DNA of 64,000 nt from Bdellovibrionales bacterium (GTDB lineage Bacteria; Bdellovibrionota; Bdellovibrionia; Bdellovibrionales; UBA1609): the NCBI GenBank assembly GCA_050246815.1, contig JBFWVI010000009.1, positions 8,976 to 72,975 on the forward strand. The letters run 5' to 3'. A program made the translations under genes and the position numbers. Positions 30,134 to 45,100 of the stretch are shown piece after piece. How positions within the stretch are numbered: position 1 is the first letter of the stretch; every line of letters begins with the position of its first letter. Below the pieces are notes generated by a model. That model saw only the letters and a list, made by a program, of their open reading frames with translations. It made no database searches and had not been told where the DNA came from.

Positions 30134-33100
30134 ATGGTTGAACGTGGATTGATAAGCTCAATTATAACTGCTTGGAGTCGGCGCTTTGCGCCTGCGGTTT
30201 TTTTGCTTTCAGCCATTGCACTTTCGGGCTGTAAACTAGAAACCAATATAAAAGACCTGACTGAGCCAGCATCCGACATTCCGATTTTATCCACTCAAGA
30301 CGTGAGCATTACCGAAGGCACAACGGCGGCTTACTTGGTGACCATGAACCGGTCGTCCTCGATGCCGGTGGTGGTGGTTTATCAGACGCTGCCGCAAACA
30401 GCCACCAGTGGCGCGGACTACACGGCGTTGTTTGGTTTGTTGACTATTCCTGCGGGGCAGACTTTTGGTTATCTGCCGCTAGCGGCGCTTGAAGATCCCA
30501 ACTACGAAGGCAATGAAATTTTTCGTGTTGAGTTGAGTGCGGCGAGCAATGCCGTGATGGCGTCTGCGACCTTGGCCAAAAACATCACGATCCTGGACAA
30601 CGAGAACCGCCCGAAAGTTTTCATTTCGGATGCGACGGTTGGAGAAGGCGGCACGCTGACGTTCAACGTGACGACGGATGTGCCGTCGGAGCTCGAGGTG
30701 GCGTTCAACTATGCTTCGGTTGCGGGATTGGATCCGGATCCGCTGATGAGAGCTTCGGCCGGGGCAGATTTTACGAGTGTGGCGGGTCGGATCACCTTGG
30801 CGGCGTTGTCGATGGCGACATCGATCCCTGTTATTTCGCTTCAAGACATTTTGGATGAGAACGACGAGCTCTTTCATGTGACTTTGACTTCGCTTTCGAA
30901 CTCGGATCCGGGTGATGTGTCAGGCCTTGGTGAGATCACGGACGATGATCTTGCACCCGTGCTGTCGGTTTCGGATTTGAGCATCAATGAAGGCGACACG
31001 GGCTCTTTGGCAGTGAGTTTGTCGGTGATCTCGGGATTGCCGGTGGTGTTTGACATCGCGACCAGCAACGGCTCCAACGTCGACCCGACGTTGAATGCGC
31101 AAGCGCCCGGTGATTACACGGCGAAGAGTTTGGTGTCGGTCACGATTGCGGCGGGGCAAGCGCAAGTGATCGTGACGTTGGTGACAATCGAAGACCTTGT
31201 GGATGAGCAAGACGAAGGGTTTTTTGCCACAGTTTCAAATGTGACCAATGCGGGCACCGGTCAGTTGATTTCAAATGTCACCATTGTTGACGATGATGGC
31301 CCACCCTTGATCTACATCACCGACACTGCGGTTGTGGAAGGTGGAACGTTGGCATTTGTGGTGTCGTTGACCGCACCATCGGCGCTGGATGTGACCTTTA
31401 ACTTTCAAAGCTTTGATGGCACGGCCACCACGGCTGACAGCGATTACACCGGCATCAACAGCGCCGGTACGATCCCCATGGGCTCTTTGACGACCCTAGT
31501 CTATGTTATCACTACAGCCGACACCAAGTACGAAGCCAACGAGACCATGACCGTGTCTTTGTCGGCGGTGGTGAACGCGGGCAATGGTGATTTACTGGCC
31601 ACAGGTACGATAACCAACGATGATTCACCCCCCGGTCTTTATATTACAGATGCGGCTGTGCTTGAAGGCGAGACAGCGCACTTTGTGATTTCTTTAAGCG
31701 AGATCTCTTCGCAAGATGTGACGGTGAATTGGTTCACAGCCAATGGCACGGCAACCACGTCTGACAGCGATTACACGGGCGTGGCATCAACACTGGTCAC
31801 GATTCCAGCCGGCTCTTTGACAGTTGGTGCCGCGGTTATCACCGTTGAAGACACGCGCTACGAAGCCAATGAAACTTATAACGTCAGTCTGCAAACGGCC
31901 ACTGGTGCCACCATCGTGGATAACACAGGGGTCGGCACGATCACCAATGACGATGTTTTGCCAACGATCTACATCGATGACTTGACCATGAGCGAAGGTG
32001 AGACCGGGCAGTTTGTGGTGTCGTTGTCGACTGCTGCCGGCCTGCCTGTGGTGTTTGATTGGCAAACTTTCGCCGCAACCGCCACGGCGCCTGGTGACTT
32101 TACGGCCGTGACGACCACCACCAGAACTATCCCCGCGGGCACCTTGTTCGTGAATGTTGCCGTGATCACCACGGAAGACGCCCTGAACGAAGTGAGTGAA
32201 AATTTTCAAGTTTCATTGTCTTCTTTAACCAACGCGGCGGCCGGTGACTTGCTTGCAACCGGCACCATCACCGATGATGATGCGGCCCCCAGCCTTTATA
32301 TTGTAGACGCCGCAGCCGTGAGCGAAGGTCAAACCAGCGTCTTTTGGGTGACCATGACTGCGGCCTCGGGCCTTGACGTGACCTTTAACTATCAAAGCGT
32401 CGATGGCACCGCAGTTTCAACCCAGGACTACACGGCCGTGGCCTTGACCATGGGCACGATCCCAGCGGGCAGCTTGTCGGTGGCCATCAATGTAGTGACC
32501 ATCGATGACCTGGTCGATGAGACCAGCCCTGAAAACTACACCGTCACCTTAACATCTCCCACCAATGCCACCATTTCCGATGGCATCGGCCTTGGCACGA
32601 TCAATGACAACGACAACCCACCCTTACTTTATGTCCTAGACTCTTCTGTCAACGAAGGTGAAACGCTGACCTTTTATGCGACCTTGTCGCAAATTTCGGA
32701 TTTAGACGTGGTGTTTAACTACACTTCATTAGACGGAACCGGTGGTGATCGGGCCCAAGCTCCTGGCGATTACACTTCGGTGTCGAACCAAACTATGACG
32801 ATCCCGGCGGGTAGCCTGTCGGTGGCCATGCAGGTGGTCACAGTTGAAGATGTCACCTTTGAAGCAGACGAAAAGCTCAATATCACTTTGTCTTCTTTAA
32901 GCAACGTCACCTTAGGCGATGACGGTCTAGGCGAAGGCACGATCTTAAATGATGACGCTGGCCCCTTGATCTTTATCGGCGATGCCAGTGTGACCGAAGG
33001 TCAAACAGCGGTGTTTGCGGTGACGATTTCTGCTTTGAGCAGCGTGGATGTGATTTTCACCTGGAACACCACAAACGACACGGCGACCGGAGGTTCGGAT

Positions 33101-36100
33101 TACACGGCAGTCGGTGCGACAGTTGTGACGATCCCGGCCGGCAGTTTAACCACGGCCGTGAGTGTTGTGACAATAGATGATGTGGTGGCGGCAGAGCCGG
33201 CCGAGACCTTCAACGTGACGTTGACCGGTTTAACGAACGTGAACTCTGGCGACATCAACGGTGTTGGCACTATTAACGATAACGACACGTCGACGCTTTA
33301 TATCGGCGATGCCTCTGTGACCGAAGGTGGCACGCTGATTTTTGCGGTGACTTTATCTTTGGCCACGGGCGTGGATGTGACATTTAACTTTCAAACGGTG
33401 GATGGCACGGCGACGACAGCAGACAGCGATTACACCTCGATTGCATTGACTGCGATGACGATCCCAGCGGGAAGTTTGACCAGCTTCTTGGCTGTTGTGA
33501 CCGCTGCGGACACGAAGTATGAAAACAATGAAACGCTGAACGTGACGTTAACGTCAGCGGTGAACGCCGGCGCTGGTGACATGAACGGCGTGGGTACGAT
33601 CAACAATGATGATTCGGTGCCTGGGGTCTATATTAATGATGTCACGGTTATTGAAGGCGGTACGGCGAATTTCAGTATCTCTTTAAGCGCGGTCTCTGGT
33701 GTGGATGTGACTGTGAACTGGGCAACGATTGACGGCACAGCCACCACCGCAAACAGTGATTACACGGGTGTCGGAACGACACTGGTCACGATCCCTGCAG
33801 GATCGCTCTCGGTTGTAGGCCCGGTCATCACATTGCAAGACACCCTACATGAGAACAGCGAGACCTACACAATCACGCTGACTTCGGCCACGGGTGGCAC
33901 AATCGTCGATGGCTTGGGGCTTGGCACGATCACCGACGATGACACGGCTCCGCAGTTGTCGATCTATGATTTGACGATCTTAGAGGGTGAAACCGGCCAG
34001 TTTGTGGTGAGTTTGTCGGCGCTTTCGGGGCTTGAGACCGTGTTCTCATGGCAGACGTTTTTTGGTACGGCCACGGCGCCTGATTTCACGGCTGTTTCAA
34101 CCACCGTGATCACGATTCCGGCGCTCACAAGTTCGGTGCAACTGCCCTTGATCACGACTGAAGATCTTTTAAATGAAGGTGATGAGACCTTCTTGGCTTC
34201 TTTGTCGGCGGCAAGCAATGCCACGTTCTTAGATGATCTGGCCACAGGCACAATTACTGATGATGATGGTCCGCCGATGCTGTATGTGCTGGATGCGGCA
34301 AGTGTGACCGAAGGTCAAACAAGTCTGTTTTGGGTGACGCTCACGGCGGCCTCGGGCCTTGATGTGACCTTTAGCTATCGCACTTTTAATGACACGGCTG
34401 TTTCGACTCAAGATTACACTGCGGTTGGGCTGACCAGTGCGACGATCCCGGCGGGCTCTTTAAGTGTCAGCTTTAACGTGGTGACGATCGATGACACTCA
34501 AGATGAGGTTTCGCCAGAGTATTTTGATCTTTCGATTTCGGCCCCAAATAACGCGACCATTGCGGATGCTTTAGGCAAGGGCGGCATTACCGATAACGAC
34601 AACCCGCCCGAGATCTTTATTGCGGATGTCGCGGTGAGCGAAGGTGGGACGCTTGGTTTTTGGGTGACCTTGTCGGCGCTTTCAGATTTGAATGTGGATT
34701 TTAGCTATGTGACGAACGATGGTTTAGGCACAGACAAGGCCGAGGCTCCTGGCGATTACACCGCGATCACGCTGACGGCGGGTCAAATCCCGGCGGGCTC
34801 TTTAAGTCTGTTGATTAATGTGGTGACGATTCAAGAGAGCATTTTTGAGGTGAACGAGCAGTTGACCGTCACCTTAAGTGCGCTTTCCAACGCCACTTAC
34901 GGTGATGACGGCATCGCCACGGGTACGATCACCAATGACGATGCGGGGCCAAGTATTTTCATTGGTGATGCCAGCGTGACCGAAGGTCAAACGGCGGTGT
35001 TTGCAGTGACGATTTCTGCTTTGAGCAGCGTGGATGTGATTTTCACTTGGAACACCACAAACGACACGGCGACCGGTGGTTCGGATTACACCACAGTCGG
35101 TGCGACAGTTGTGACGATCCCGGCTGGAAGCTTAACCACGGCCGTGAGTGTTGTGACAATAGATGATGTGGTGGCAGCAGAGCCGGCCGAGACCTTCAAC
35201 GTGACGTTGACCGGTTTAACGAACGTGAACTCTGGCGACATCAACGGTGTTGGCACTATTAACGATAACGACACGTCGACGCTTTATATCGGCGATGCCT
35301 CTGTGACCGAAGGTGGCACGCTGATTTTTGCGGTGACTTTATCTTTGGCCACGGGCGTGGATGTGACATTTAACTTTCAAACGGTGGATGGCACGGCGAC
35401 GACAGCAGACAGCGATTACACCTCGATTGCATTGACTGCGATGACGATCCCAGCGGGAAGTTTGACCAGCTTCTTGGCTGTTGTGACCGCTGCGGACACG
35501 AAGTATGAAAACAATGAAACGCTGAACGTGACGTTAACGTCAGCGGTGAACGCCGGCGCTGGTGACATGAACGGCGTGGGTACGATCAACAATGATGATT
35601 CGGTGCCTGGGGTCTATATTAATGATGTCACGGTTATTGAAGGCGGTACGGCAAATTTCAGCATCTCTTTAAGCGCGGTCTCTGGTGTGGATGTGACTGT
35701 GAATTGGGCTACGGTTGACGGCACGGCCACCACCGCAAACAGTGATTACACGGGTGTGGGAACAACACTGGTCACGATTCCTGCAGGATCGCTCTCGGTT
35801 GTAGGCCCGGTTATCACATTGCAAGACACCCTACATGAGAACAGCGAGACCTACACAATCACGCTGACTTCGGCCGCAGGTGGCACAATCGTCGATGGCT
35901 TGGGTCTTGGCACGATCACCGACGATGACACGGCTCCGCAGTTGTCGATCTATGATTTGACGATCTTAGAGGGTGAAACCGGCCAGTTTGTGGTGAGTTT
36001 GTCGGCGCTTTCGGGACTTGAGACCGTGTTCTCATGGCAGACGTTTTTTGGCACGGCCACGGCGCCTGATTTCACGGCTGTTTCAACCACTGTGATCACG

Positions 36101-39100
36101 ATCCCGGCGCTCACAAGCTCGGTGCAACTGCCCTTGATCACGAGCGAAGATCTTTTAAATGAAGGTGATGAGACCTTCTTGGCCTCTTTGTCGGCGGCAA
36201 GCAATGCCACGTTCTTAGATGATCTGGCCACAGGCACAATTACCGATGATGATGGTCCACCGATGCTGTATGTGCTGGATGCGGCTAGCGTGACCGAGGG
36301 GCAAACAAGTCTGTTCTGGGTGACGCTCACGGCGGCCTCGGGCCTTGATGTGACCTTTAGCTATCGCACTTTTAATGACACGGCTGTTTCGACTCAAGAT
36401 TACACCGCGGTTGGGCTGACCAGTGCGACGATCCCGGCGGGCTCTTTAAGTGTCAGCTTTAACGTGGTGACGATCGATGACACTCAAGATGAGGTTTCCC
36501 CAGAGTATTTTGATCTTTCGATTTCGGCCCCAAATAACGCGACCATTGCTGATGCTTTAGGCAAGGGCGGCATTGCCGATAACGACAACCCGCCTGAGAT
36601 CTTTATCGCGGACGTTGCGGTGAGCGAAGGTGGGACGCTTGGTTTTTGGGTGACCTTGTCGGCAGTTTCAGATCTGAACGTGGATTTTAGCTACGTGACG
36701 AACGATGGTTTAGGCACAGACAAGGCCGAGGCTCCTGGCGATTACACGGCGATCACGCTGACAGCGGGTCAAATCCCGGCGGGCTCTTTAAGTCTGTTGA
36801 TTAATGTGGTGACGATTCAAGATGTGGTGGCGGAACCCAGTGAGTTGTTGACTATGACTTTAAGTGCGCTTTCAAACGCCGCCCATGGTGATGACGGCAT
36901 CGCCACGGGTACGATCAACGACAATGACGTGGTGCCGTTCACTTGGGTGGGCACGACGGGCGATGGTTTGTGGTCGACGGCCGGTAACTGGTCAGGCCTT
37001 ACGGTTCCGACGGCGGCCAATGTGGCCACATTCACAAACGTTTGTTTGGGGGCAAATTGCAATGCCACTGTGGACGTGGCGGTGGATGTACAGGGTCTCA
37101 ATATGACCTCGGCTTATTCGGGCACGATCACTCAAGCTGCAGGCGTGGCGCTGCGCACAGGAAATTCAGATTGGCTGATGGCGGGCGGTGCGTTTATCGG
37201 TTCAAGTGGTGCGATCACGATCAACCGCGATTTCAATCAATCGGGCGGTACGTTCACGGCAGGTACGCAAACGATTGAGGTGCAACGCAATTGGACGAGC
37301 ACAGCCGGTGCTATGAATATGACGGGATCGACGGTGGAATTCAAGGGCGCAAGCGGCACCACAATCAATATTGGCGCACAACAATTCTATAATTTGAGTT
37401 TATTAAAAGACGCATGGACGGCCGCGGCGGCGACCGGAAGCGTCACTATAGCAAATGATTTTAGTTTAAATCAGGGGTTTAATGCATTTAACCAGGGACG
37501 AGTGACAGGCGGCACATTTGATGTCGTCAATCGTGTCAATCTAGGCCTCAATAATGGTGGCTATGGGCCTTGGGCGTTGCGGTTGGTGGGTACGGGAGCT
37601 CAAACCATCGCGGGTGGAATCGATAGCGAATCTGCATTAAACCAACTTCATATCGCGAAGCCGTCAGGCTTGGTCAGCGTCGAAGGCACGATTGGTATTG
37701 ACTCAGATTTTACATATATGAGTGGCTCAACATTCAATGCCGGAACTAGCGCGATACATTTTATTAACGGCTATGGAACGCTAAGCCTAGCCTCGGATTT
37801 AGATTTTTACGACGTTAAGATCGCCAAATACCAGTATGCCAATGTGACGATTGTCGGCGCCGGTACGATGCAGGTGAATCATGACCTCACCTTGGATGCT
37901 TCAAACGTGCTATTAGGTGGGGCGCTTTTGGGCGGAAGCATTCGCGCAATGGGCAATGTCTATGCCAACAGCACGGGTGGTTACTTGGGTGGTAGCACGA
38001 CAGTTTTGTATTTGGCGGGTACGGGGGCGCAAACGATCGTGGGTGGCGACGGCGACCTGCCAAGCGTTGTGATAAATTCAACAGGAACTGTTGATTTGAC
38101 GGGCACATTTGCAGTGGTTGGGTCGTTTATTCATACCAACTCTGCCGGGCTAAGTGCTGGAACTTCAACTGTGTACCTGGAATCCACCGGCACATCCACA
38201 GTGAGTATGGGTGCACAGTCTTTGAACAATGTGAATGTCAGTTCGGGCAGCGGACGTTCAATGGTGATTGCTGGGGCTTTAACGATTAACGGCAATGCGG
38301 AGCTGAGCGGTTCTGCAGGCGGTAACACCCTAGATGGTGGCACGTTGGTGGCCAAGAAGAACGTTTCGATTACGTCGGCGGACTTTGATGGTGGCACGGC
38401 CTCGATTCTGTTGAATGGAACGGGAGCGCAAACGATCAGCAATCCAGGCGGTGGCGCCTGGACATCGGGCAAAAACTACGTGGATAAAGTAAGTGGTGCG
38501 GTGGAGCTTGCAGGTAACACCACCTTTGCATTGGCTCAAGACATGGATTTCACGTCCGGCACGATCAATATGCGTGGTTATGATTTGGGTATTCGCGACG
38601 CATTGACGATGGCCTCGGGCACAACAATCTACACAGATTGTGGCGTCTTAACCTACAACGGTGGCTCATCCAGTTTAGGCGGCACAATCATTGACGGCAC
38701 GCCAGGAGCATTATTGTCGGTGAACGACGTGACGGTCAGCGAGTCGGCAGGCAATGCCACCTTCACGGTGACATTGGCGGCACCCTCTTGCGCACCGACA
38801 ATCTTTAACTTCGCAACCGTCAACGGCACGGCCGTCCAGCCCGGTGATTACACTTCGACATCAGGCGTGGGCACAATCCCGGCCGGTCAGCAATCATGGA
38901 CAACAAACGTGCCGATCATCGACGATACGCTGTATGAAGGTGCCACCGATGAGACCTTCACATTCTCGTTGTCGGCGGTGATGGGAGCGCCTGTTTTAGA
39001 TCCTTTGGGCGTGGGCTCGATCACCGACAACGATGCGCAGCCCAATATTTTCGTTAATGATGTGACCGTGACCGAAGGTCAGACGGCGAATTTTGTGATC

Positions 39101-42100
39101 AGCTTGTCGAACGCAACCACTTCGGATGTGACCTTTACGTGGGAAACGGTGAACGGCACGGCGACTTCGGGTGCGGATTACACCGGGGTTGGTGCGACCA
39201 GCGCCACGATCGCGGCCGGCCAGTTGGCGATCACTGTCGCCGTGGTGACGACGGATGATGTGGTCTTTAGCGAGGGCGATGAAAACTACAACGTCACGTT
39301 AACTTCTATCGCTAATGCCAGTGCGGGCGACACCAACGGCGTGGGCACGATCAATGACAATGACAACGCCTTCTTGTTTATTGCGGATGCCGATGTGGTC
39401 GAAAGTGGCACGTTGCTATTCGTGGTGACAATGAGCGCTGTCAGTGGGTCTGAAGTGACCTTTAGCTTCCAATCTTACAGCGGTTTGAACTCGGTGATGG
39501 GTGGAGCCGCTGCGACCTCGGGCACGGATTTCACCGCGATCAGCGGCACGGCCACGATCAGCGCCGGCGTATTGGCAGTGACTTTGCCTGTGGTGACCAC
39601 GGTGGATGCGACTTACGAAGGCTTGGAAAATTTAAGTGTCACGATCAGCGCACCAGTGGGTGCGTCGATCACGGATAGCACAGGCCTTGGTTTCATCCAC
39701 AACGACGACTGCCCAGCCACCGGCTGGTGCCAGCAGGCTTATATCAAGGCGATCAATGCGGATGCGGGCGATATCTTCGGCGAGGGCGTTTCTATAATGG
39801 ATGATACCCTTGTGGTCGGCGCTCCTTACGAATTAAGCAGTCAGACCACGATTACCAATGATACCACGGCTTCATCGGATAACTCGGCCTCACAAAGCGG
39901 CGCGGCTTATGTGTACGTGCGCAGTGGCAACACATGGGTGCAGCAAGCTTATATCAAACGCGGTAAACACGATGGTTACTTTGGTCGCTCTGTTTCAATC
40001 AATGGCGACACGCTGGCCATTGGGGCCTTTCTTGACGTGAGCGGCAGCACACAAATTTTTAATGGCACGGGCATGGCCTATGATTCACCCGGAGGTGCCG
40101 AGTACGGCGCTGTCCACATCTACAAACGAACGGGCAGCACTTGGGTACAAGAGGCCTTTATTAAAGCATCGAATTCAAGGGCTAACACTGATTTTGGCAA
40201 TGGATTAAATTTGGCGAAAGACTCCTTGGTCGTGGCATCGGCCTCGGAAAGTAGCAACCAATCATATATCACCCAAGGCACAGGAAGTTCCACTGATGCT
40301 TCAAGCGCCGCGGCTGGGGCAGTTTACATTTATAGAAGAACTGGCAACACTTGGGTACAAGAGGCTTACGTCAAGGCCAGCAATCGTAACAACAACGATC
40401 GTTTTGGTTTTGGCACGGCTTTTGACGGCCAGACCCTGGCTGTGGGGGCGATCTATGAGGACAGCAATGGCACGGGTGTTTATAATGGCACGGGTGCTTC
40501 AGCCGATAATAGCTCGGCCGATTCTGGTGCTGTTTACGTGTATGCACGAAGCGGCACATGGGTTCAGCAAGCGTATATCAAATCTGCGTTGACCGGCGGT
40601 TCGGCGTATTTTGGTTATGATGTGGCCTTGTCCGGAGACACCTTGGTTGTCGGTGAACCGCTTGGCCGTGCCAGTGCTGTATTGATCAACGGCACGCAGG
40701 CCCCAGTGGATGAAAACGTCTATGGGACGGCGACTGTTTACAAGCGTACCGGCAGCACATGGGTACAACAAGCTATATTGAAGCCTCCGGTTCAAAACTA
40801 CGCCCAAATATTTGGCGCGGCGGTAGCCATCAGTCAGGATCGTGTAGCCGTGGCTGCATACGCCGAAACAAGTTTAGAAAGCCAGGTCTTCAATGGCACA
40901 GCCGTGCCAAATCCCAATGCCGGTACAGACGAAACTGGAGCGGTATTTGTGTATGCGCGCACAGGCAGCACGTGGGTGCAGCAGGCCACCTTAAAGCCCA
41001 GTAATCCCGATAATGTGTCTAGTTTCGGGGCGCCAGCGTACGATACGGCAACATTTTCACCTCACCGCAGTTTGGCAATTTCGGGCGATACGATTGTGGT
41101 AGGATCAAATGCCGAACGCAGCAATCAACGTGGCATCACCAATGGTCCATGGGCATCCCTTAACCGAAGCGCGATAAGTTCTGGCGCAGCCTACGTGTTC
41201 CATTACAAGGGCGCACCTCAGGTGACCATCCAGCAGGCCGCCACACAAGTGGATCCGGCATCCAGCTTGCCGATTGAGTTCAGTGTGGACTTCGGTAAGG
41301 CGATAAGCACCGCCACTTTCACCGATGCAGACATCACGCAAAATGGCACAGCGACCGGCATTACCTGGTCGATTACGAATCCGTCGGGCGACAATCGCAA
41401 CTTTGTGTTGCAAGCCACTGGTGGCACGGCGGGCACATACACTCCAAGCGTGGCTGCCGGCTTAGTGACGGATGTGGATGGCAACACCAACTTGGCGTCT
41501 TCAACTGAATACGACAACAGCGTGACGTACAATATTCCGCGCAATTTGTTTATCACCGATGCCGAAGTTGTTGAAGGCGGCACCATGGTCTTCACTGTGA
41601 GTCTTGATGGCACAGCCGGCAGTGATGTGACATTTAACTATCAGTCGTACAGTGGTTTGAGTACTCAGTTGGGTGGAGCCGCTGCTGCACAAGGCACAGA
41701 TTTTACTGCGACTAGTGGTGCTGCAACTATTCCGATGGGCTCATTGACGTTGGCACTTTTGGTGGTGACGACAGTGGATGCGACTTATGAAGGCATGGAG
41801 AACTTAAGCTTGACCTTGAGTTCAGCAAGCGGCGCCACGATCAGCGACTCAACGGGTTTAGGCTTCATCCACAACGACGATTGCCCAACAACGGGCTGGT
41901 GCCAGCAGGCGTATTTAAAGGGCGCCACCGCCGACGCCAATGATCTGTTTGGCTATTGGACAGCAATTCACCGGGACACCGTGGTGGTCGGTGCGCCGTA
42001 CGAGTCTGCGGACACGTCCTCTGTGCTAAATGGCACAGGAGGATCTTCAAGCAATGGCCGCAGCCGCACAGGTGCAGCCTACGTCTACAAGCGCACCGGT

Positions 42101-45100
42101 GGCACATGGGTGCAAGAAGCTTATTTGAAGGGTGCCACAACAGATGTAGACGACTTTTTTGGCGATACTGTGGCGATCCATGAAGACACCATCGTGGTCA
42201 GTTCTTACGGCGAGGGTTCAAGCTCAAGCACAATTGTCAACGGCACAGGCGGGTCCAGCAACAATTCGCACAGCAATGGTGGTGCAGCCTATGTGTTCAA
42301 ACGAACCGGTAACACATGGGTCCGAGAAGCTTATTTGAAAGCCGGTACCCCCAAGGATTCTTCTTATTTTGGAGAAGCCGTGAGTATTCATGGCGACACT
42401 ATTTTGGTCACTGCACTTTCAGACTCGAGCGGTGTCAGTGGTGTGCTCAATGGCACGGGTGGCTCGACAGACACCTCGGTGTCTTCAGCCGGTTCGGCCT
42501 ACATTTTTAAGCGCACAGGCAACACGTGGGTGCGTGAAGCTTACTTAAAGGCAGCCAATCCAGATGCAAGCGATTATTTTGGCAGTTCTGCGGCATTGGA
42601 TCGCGACACGGCCGTGATTACGGCCGCGTGGGAGAGCAGTGGCACAAGTACCGTCCTGAATGGCACAGGAGGCTCTGCAGATAATTCTGTCAACCAAGTT
42701 GGCGCGGCTTATGTGTTTAAGCGCACAGGCAACACGTGGGTGCAAGAAGCCTATCTGAAACCTTATACGGCAATCGTGGCCTACATGTTTGGTCAATATG
42801 ACACTGCCATCAGCGGTGACACGATTGCCATTGGCGCGAATGGCGACAGCAGCAACGCGACGGGCATTACTCACGGGACGGGTGGGCCTGCCGACACTTC
42901 GGGTTCAAGCTATTCAGGCGCGGTTTATATCTTCAAACGCACGGGCAGTACATGGGCGCGTCAAGCCTTTATCAAAGCCACAAACGCAGGGTCTTGGGAT
43001 CAGCTGGGTAGCTGGGTTTCTTTGTCGGGCGATTTGTTGGCGGCGGGTGCTGATAGCGAGGACAGCTATCAGAGTCTGGTTTCCAGCGGAACCTTGGCTT
43101 CGTCCACCAATGACGGAACAGATATTGGTGCTGCATATATTTTCCGTCGTACGGGCAATACTTGGGTACAGGATGCATATATTAAACCTTCAAATGGTGA
43201 TACGGGCGACTTATTCGCGAGTGTTCGAATTGATGGTGACACCTTGGTGGTTGGTGCAAGAGGGGAATCCTCTAATTTGACGGGTGTGATCAACGGCCCG
43301 TACGCTTCGATCAACAACAGTGCCGTCAGTTCTGGCGCAGCCTACGTGTTCCATTACAAGGGCGCGCCTCAGGTGACCATCCAGCAGGCCGCCACACAAG
43401 TGGATCCGGCATCCAGCTTGCCGATTGAGTTCAGTGTGGACTTCGGTAAGGCGATAAGCACCGCCACTTTCACCGATGCAGACATCACGCAAAATGGCAC
43501 AGCGACCGGCATTACCTGGTCGATTACGAATCCGTCGGGCGACAATCGCAACTTTGTGTTGCAAGCCACTGGTGGCACGGCGGGCACATACACTCCAAGC
43601 GTGGCTGCCGGCTTAGTGACGGATGTGGATGGCAACACCAACTTGGCGTCTTCAACTGAATACGACAACAGCGTGACGTACAATATTCCGCGCAATTTGT
43701 TTATCACCGATGCCGAAGTTGTTGAAGGCGGCACCATGGTCTTCACTGTGAGTCTTGATGGCACAGCCGGCAGTGATGTGACATTTAACTATCAGTCGTA
43801 CAGTGGTTTGAGTACTCAGTTGGGTGGAGCCGCTGCTGCACAAGGCACAGATTTTACTGCGACTAGTGGTGCTGCAACTATTCCGATGGGCTCATTGACG
43901 TTGGCACTTTTGGTGGTGACGACAGTGGATGCGACTTATGAAGGCATGGAGAACTTAAGCTTGACCTTGAGTTCAGCAAGCGGCGCCACGATCAGCGACT
44001 CAACGGGTTTAGGCTTCATCCACAACGACGATTGCCCAACAACGGGCTGGTGCCAGCAAGCCTATATGAAAGTGCAGTGGGGTAAGCGCCTGGGCGAGTC
44101 GACGTCGGTCCATAATGACACGGTTGTTGTGGGTGCGACCACTCACAGCGGCACAGATTCTGGCGTGATCAATGGTACAGGGATGCCCGGCGACAGTGCA
44201 CCGCTTAACTCAGGAATGGCTGTTGTGTACGCTCGCAGCGGCAGCACCTGGGTTCGTCAGGCCACTTTGTTGCCGCCGGCCCCTGACACTTTTGACTATT
44301 TCGGTCGAAAAGTCCGAGTGTCTGGCAATACTGCGGTGATGAGCACGGGTGATGAAGACAGTTTGGCTACTGGCGTGATCAACGGCACGGGCGCGGCGTT
44401 TAACGAAGGCGCCAGCGCATCGGGTGCGGCCCTAGTTTACAAAAGAACCGGTAACACTTGGGTGCAAGAGGCTTATCTAAAAGCCAGCAATGCGGAAGCG
44501 GATGACGGCTTTGGTTTTGCCATTGATCTAGACGAAGATACGGTCGTTGTTGGCGCTTACAAAGAAGACAGCTCCGTGACCGGAATCACGGCCGGCACTG
44601 GCGGTTCAAGCGACAACACAGCCGCCGATGCTGGCGCTGTCTATGTCTTTAAACGCACCGGCAACACTTGGGTGCAAGAAGCTTTCTTGAAGGCCAACAA
44701 CACGGGGGCAGACGACCAATTTGGTTACAGCGTGGCCGTTTCGCAAAATACGGTTGTGGTGACAGCTCCGAATGAGGATTCGAGCTTAACGGGTGTTTCA
44801 AATGGCCCCGGCTTCACCGACAACGAATTGGGCGCCAATGACGGTTCTGCCTATGTTTTTCGAAGAACAGGCAGCACTTGGGTGCAAGAGGCGATTTTGC
44901 GTTCTTCTGGTGCAGGTGGGCAGCTCTTCTTTGGTAATGATATCGATATCAGCGCCGATTCGATCATTGTTGCCAACTACTTGGATTACAGCGACGAAAC
45001 CGGTGTTAAAAACGGCACCGACGGTCCGATCAATTCAGATGCCTCAGCTTCTGGCGCGGCCTACATCTTTAAACGAACCGGTCTGACTTGGGTTCAAGAA

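Noticed and set aside
41177..44057. Possible diversity-generating retroelement TR/VR pair
   Set aside because: The copies are long, in-frame and almost identical, with no pattern of adenine-specific substitutions, and there is no reverse transcriptase in the window
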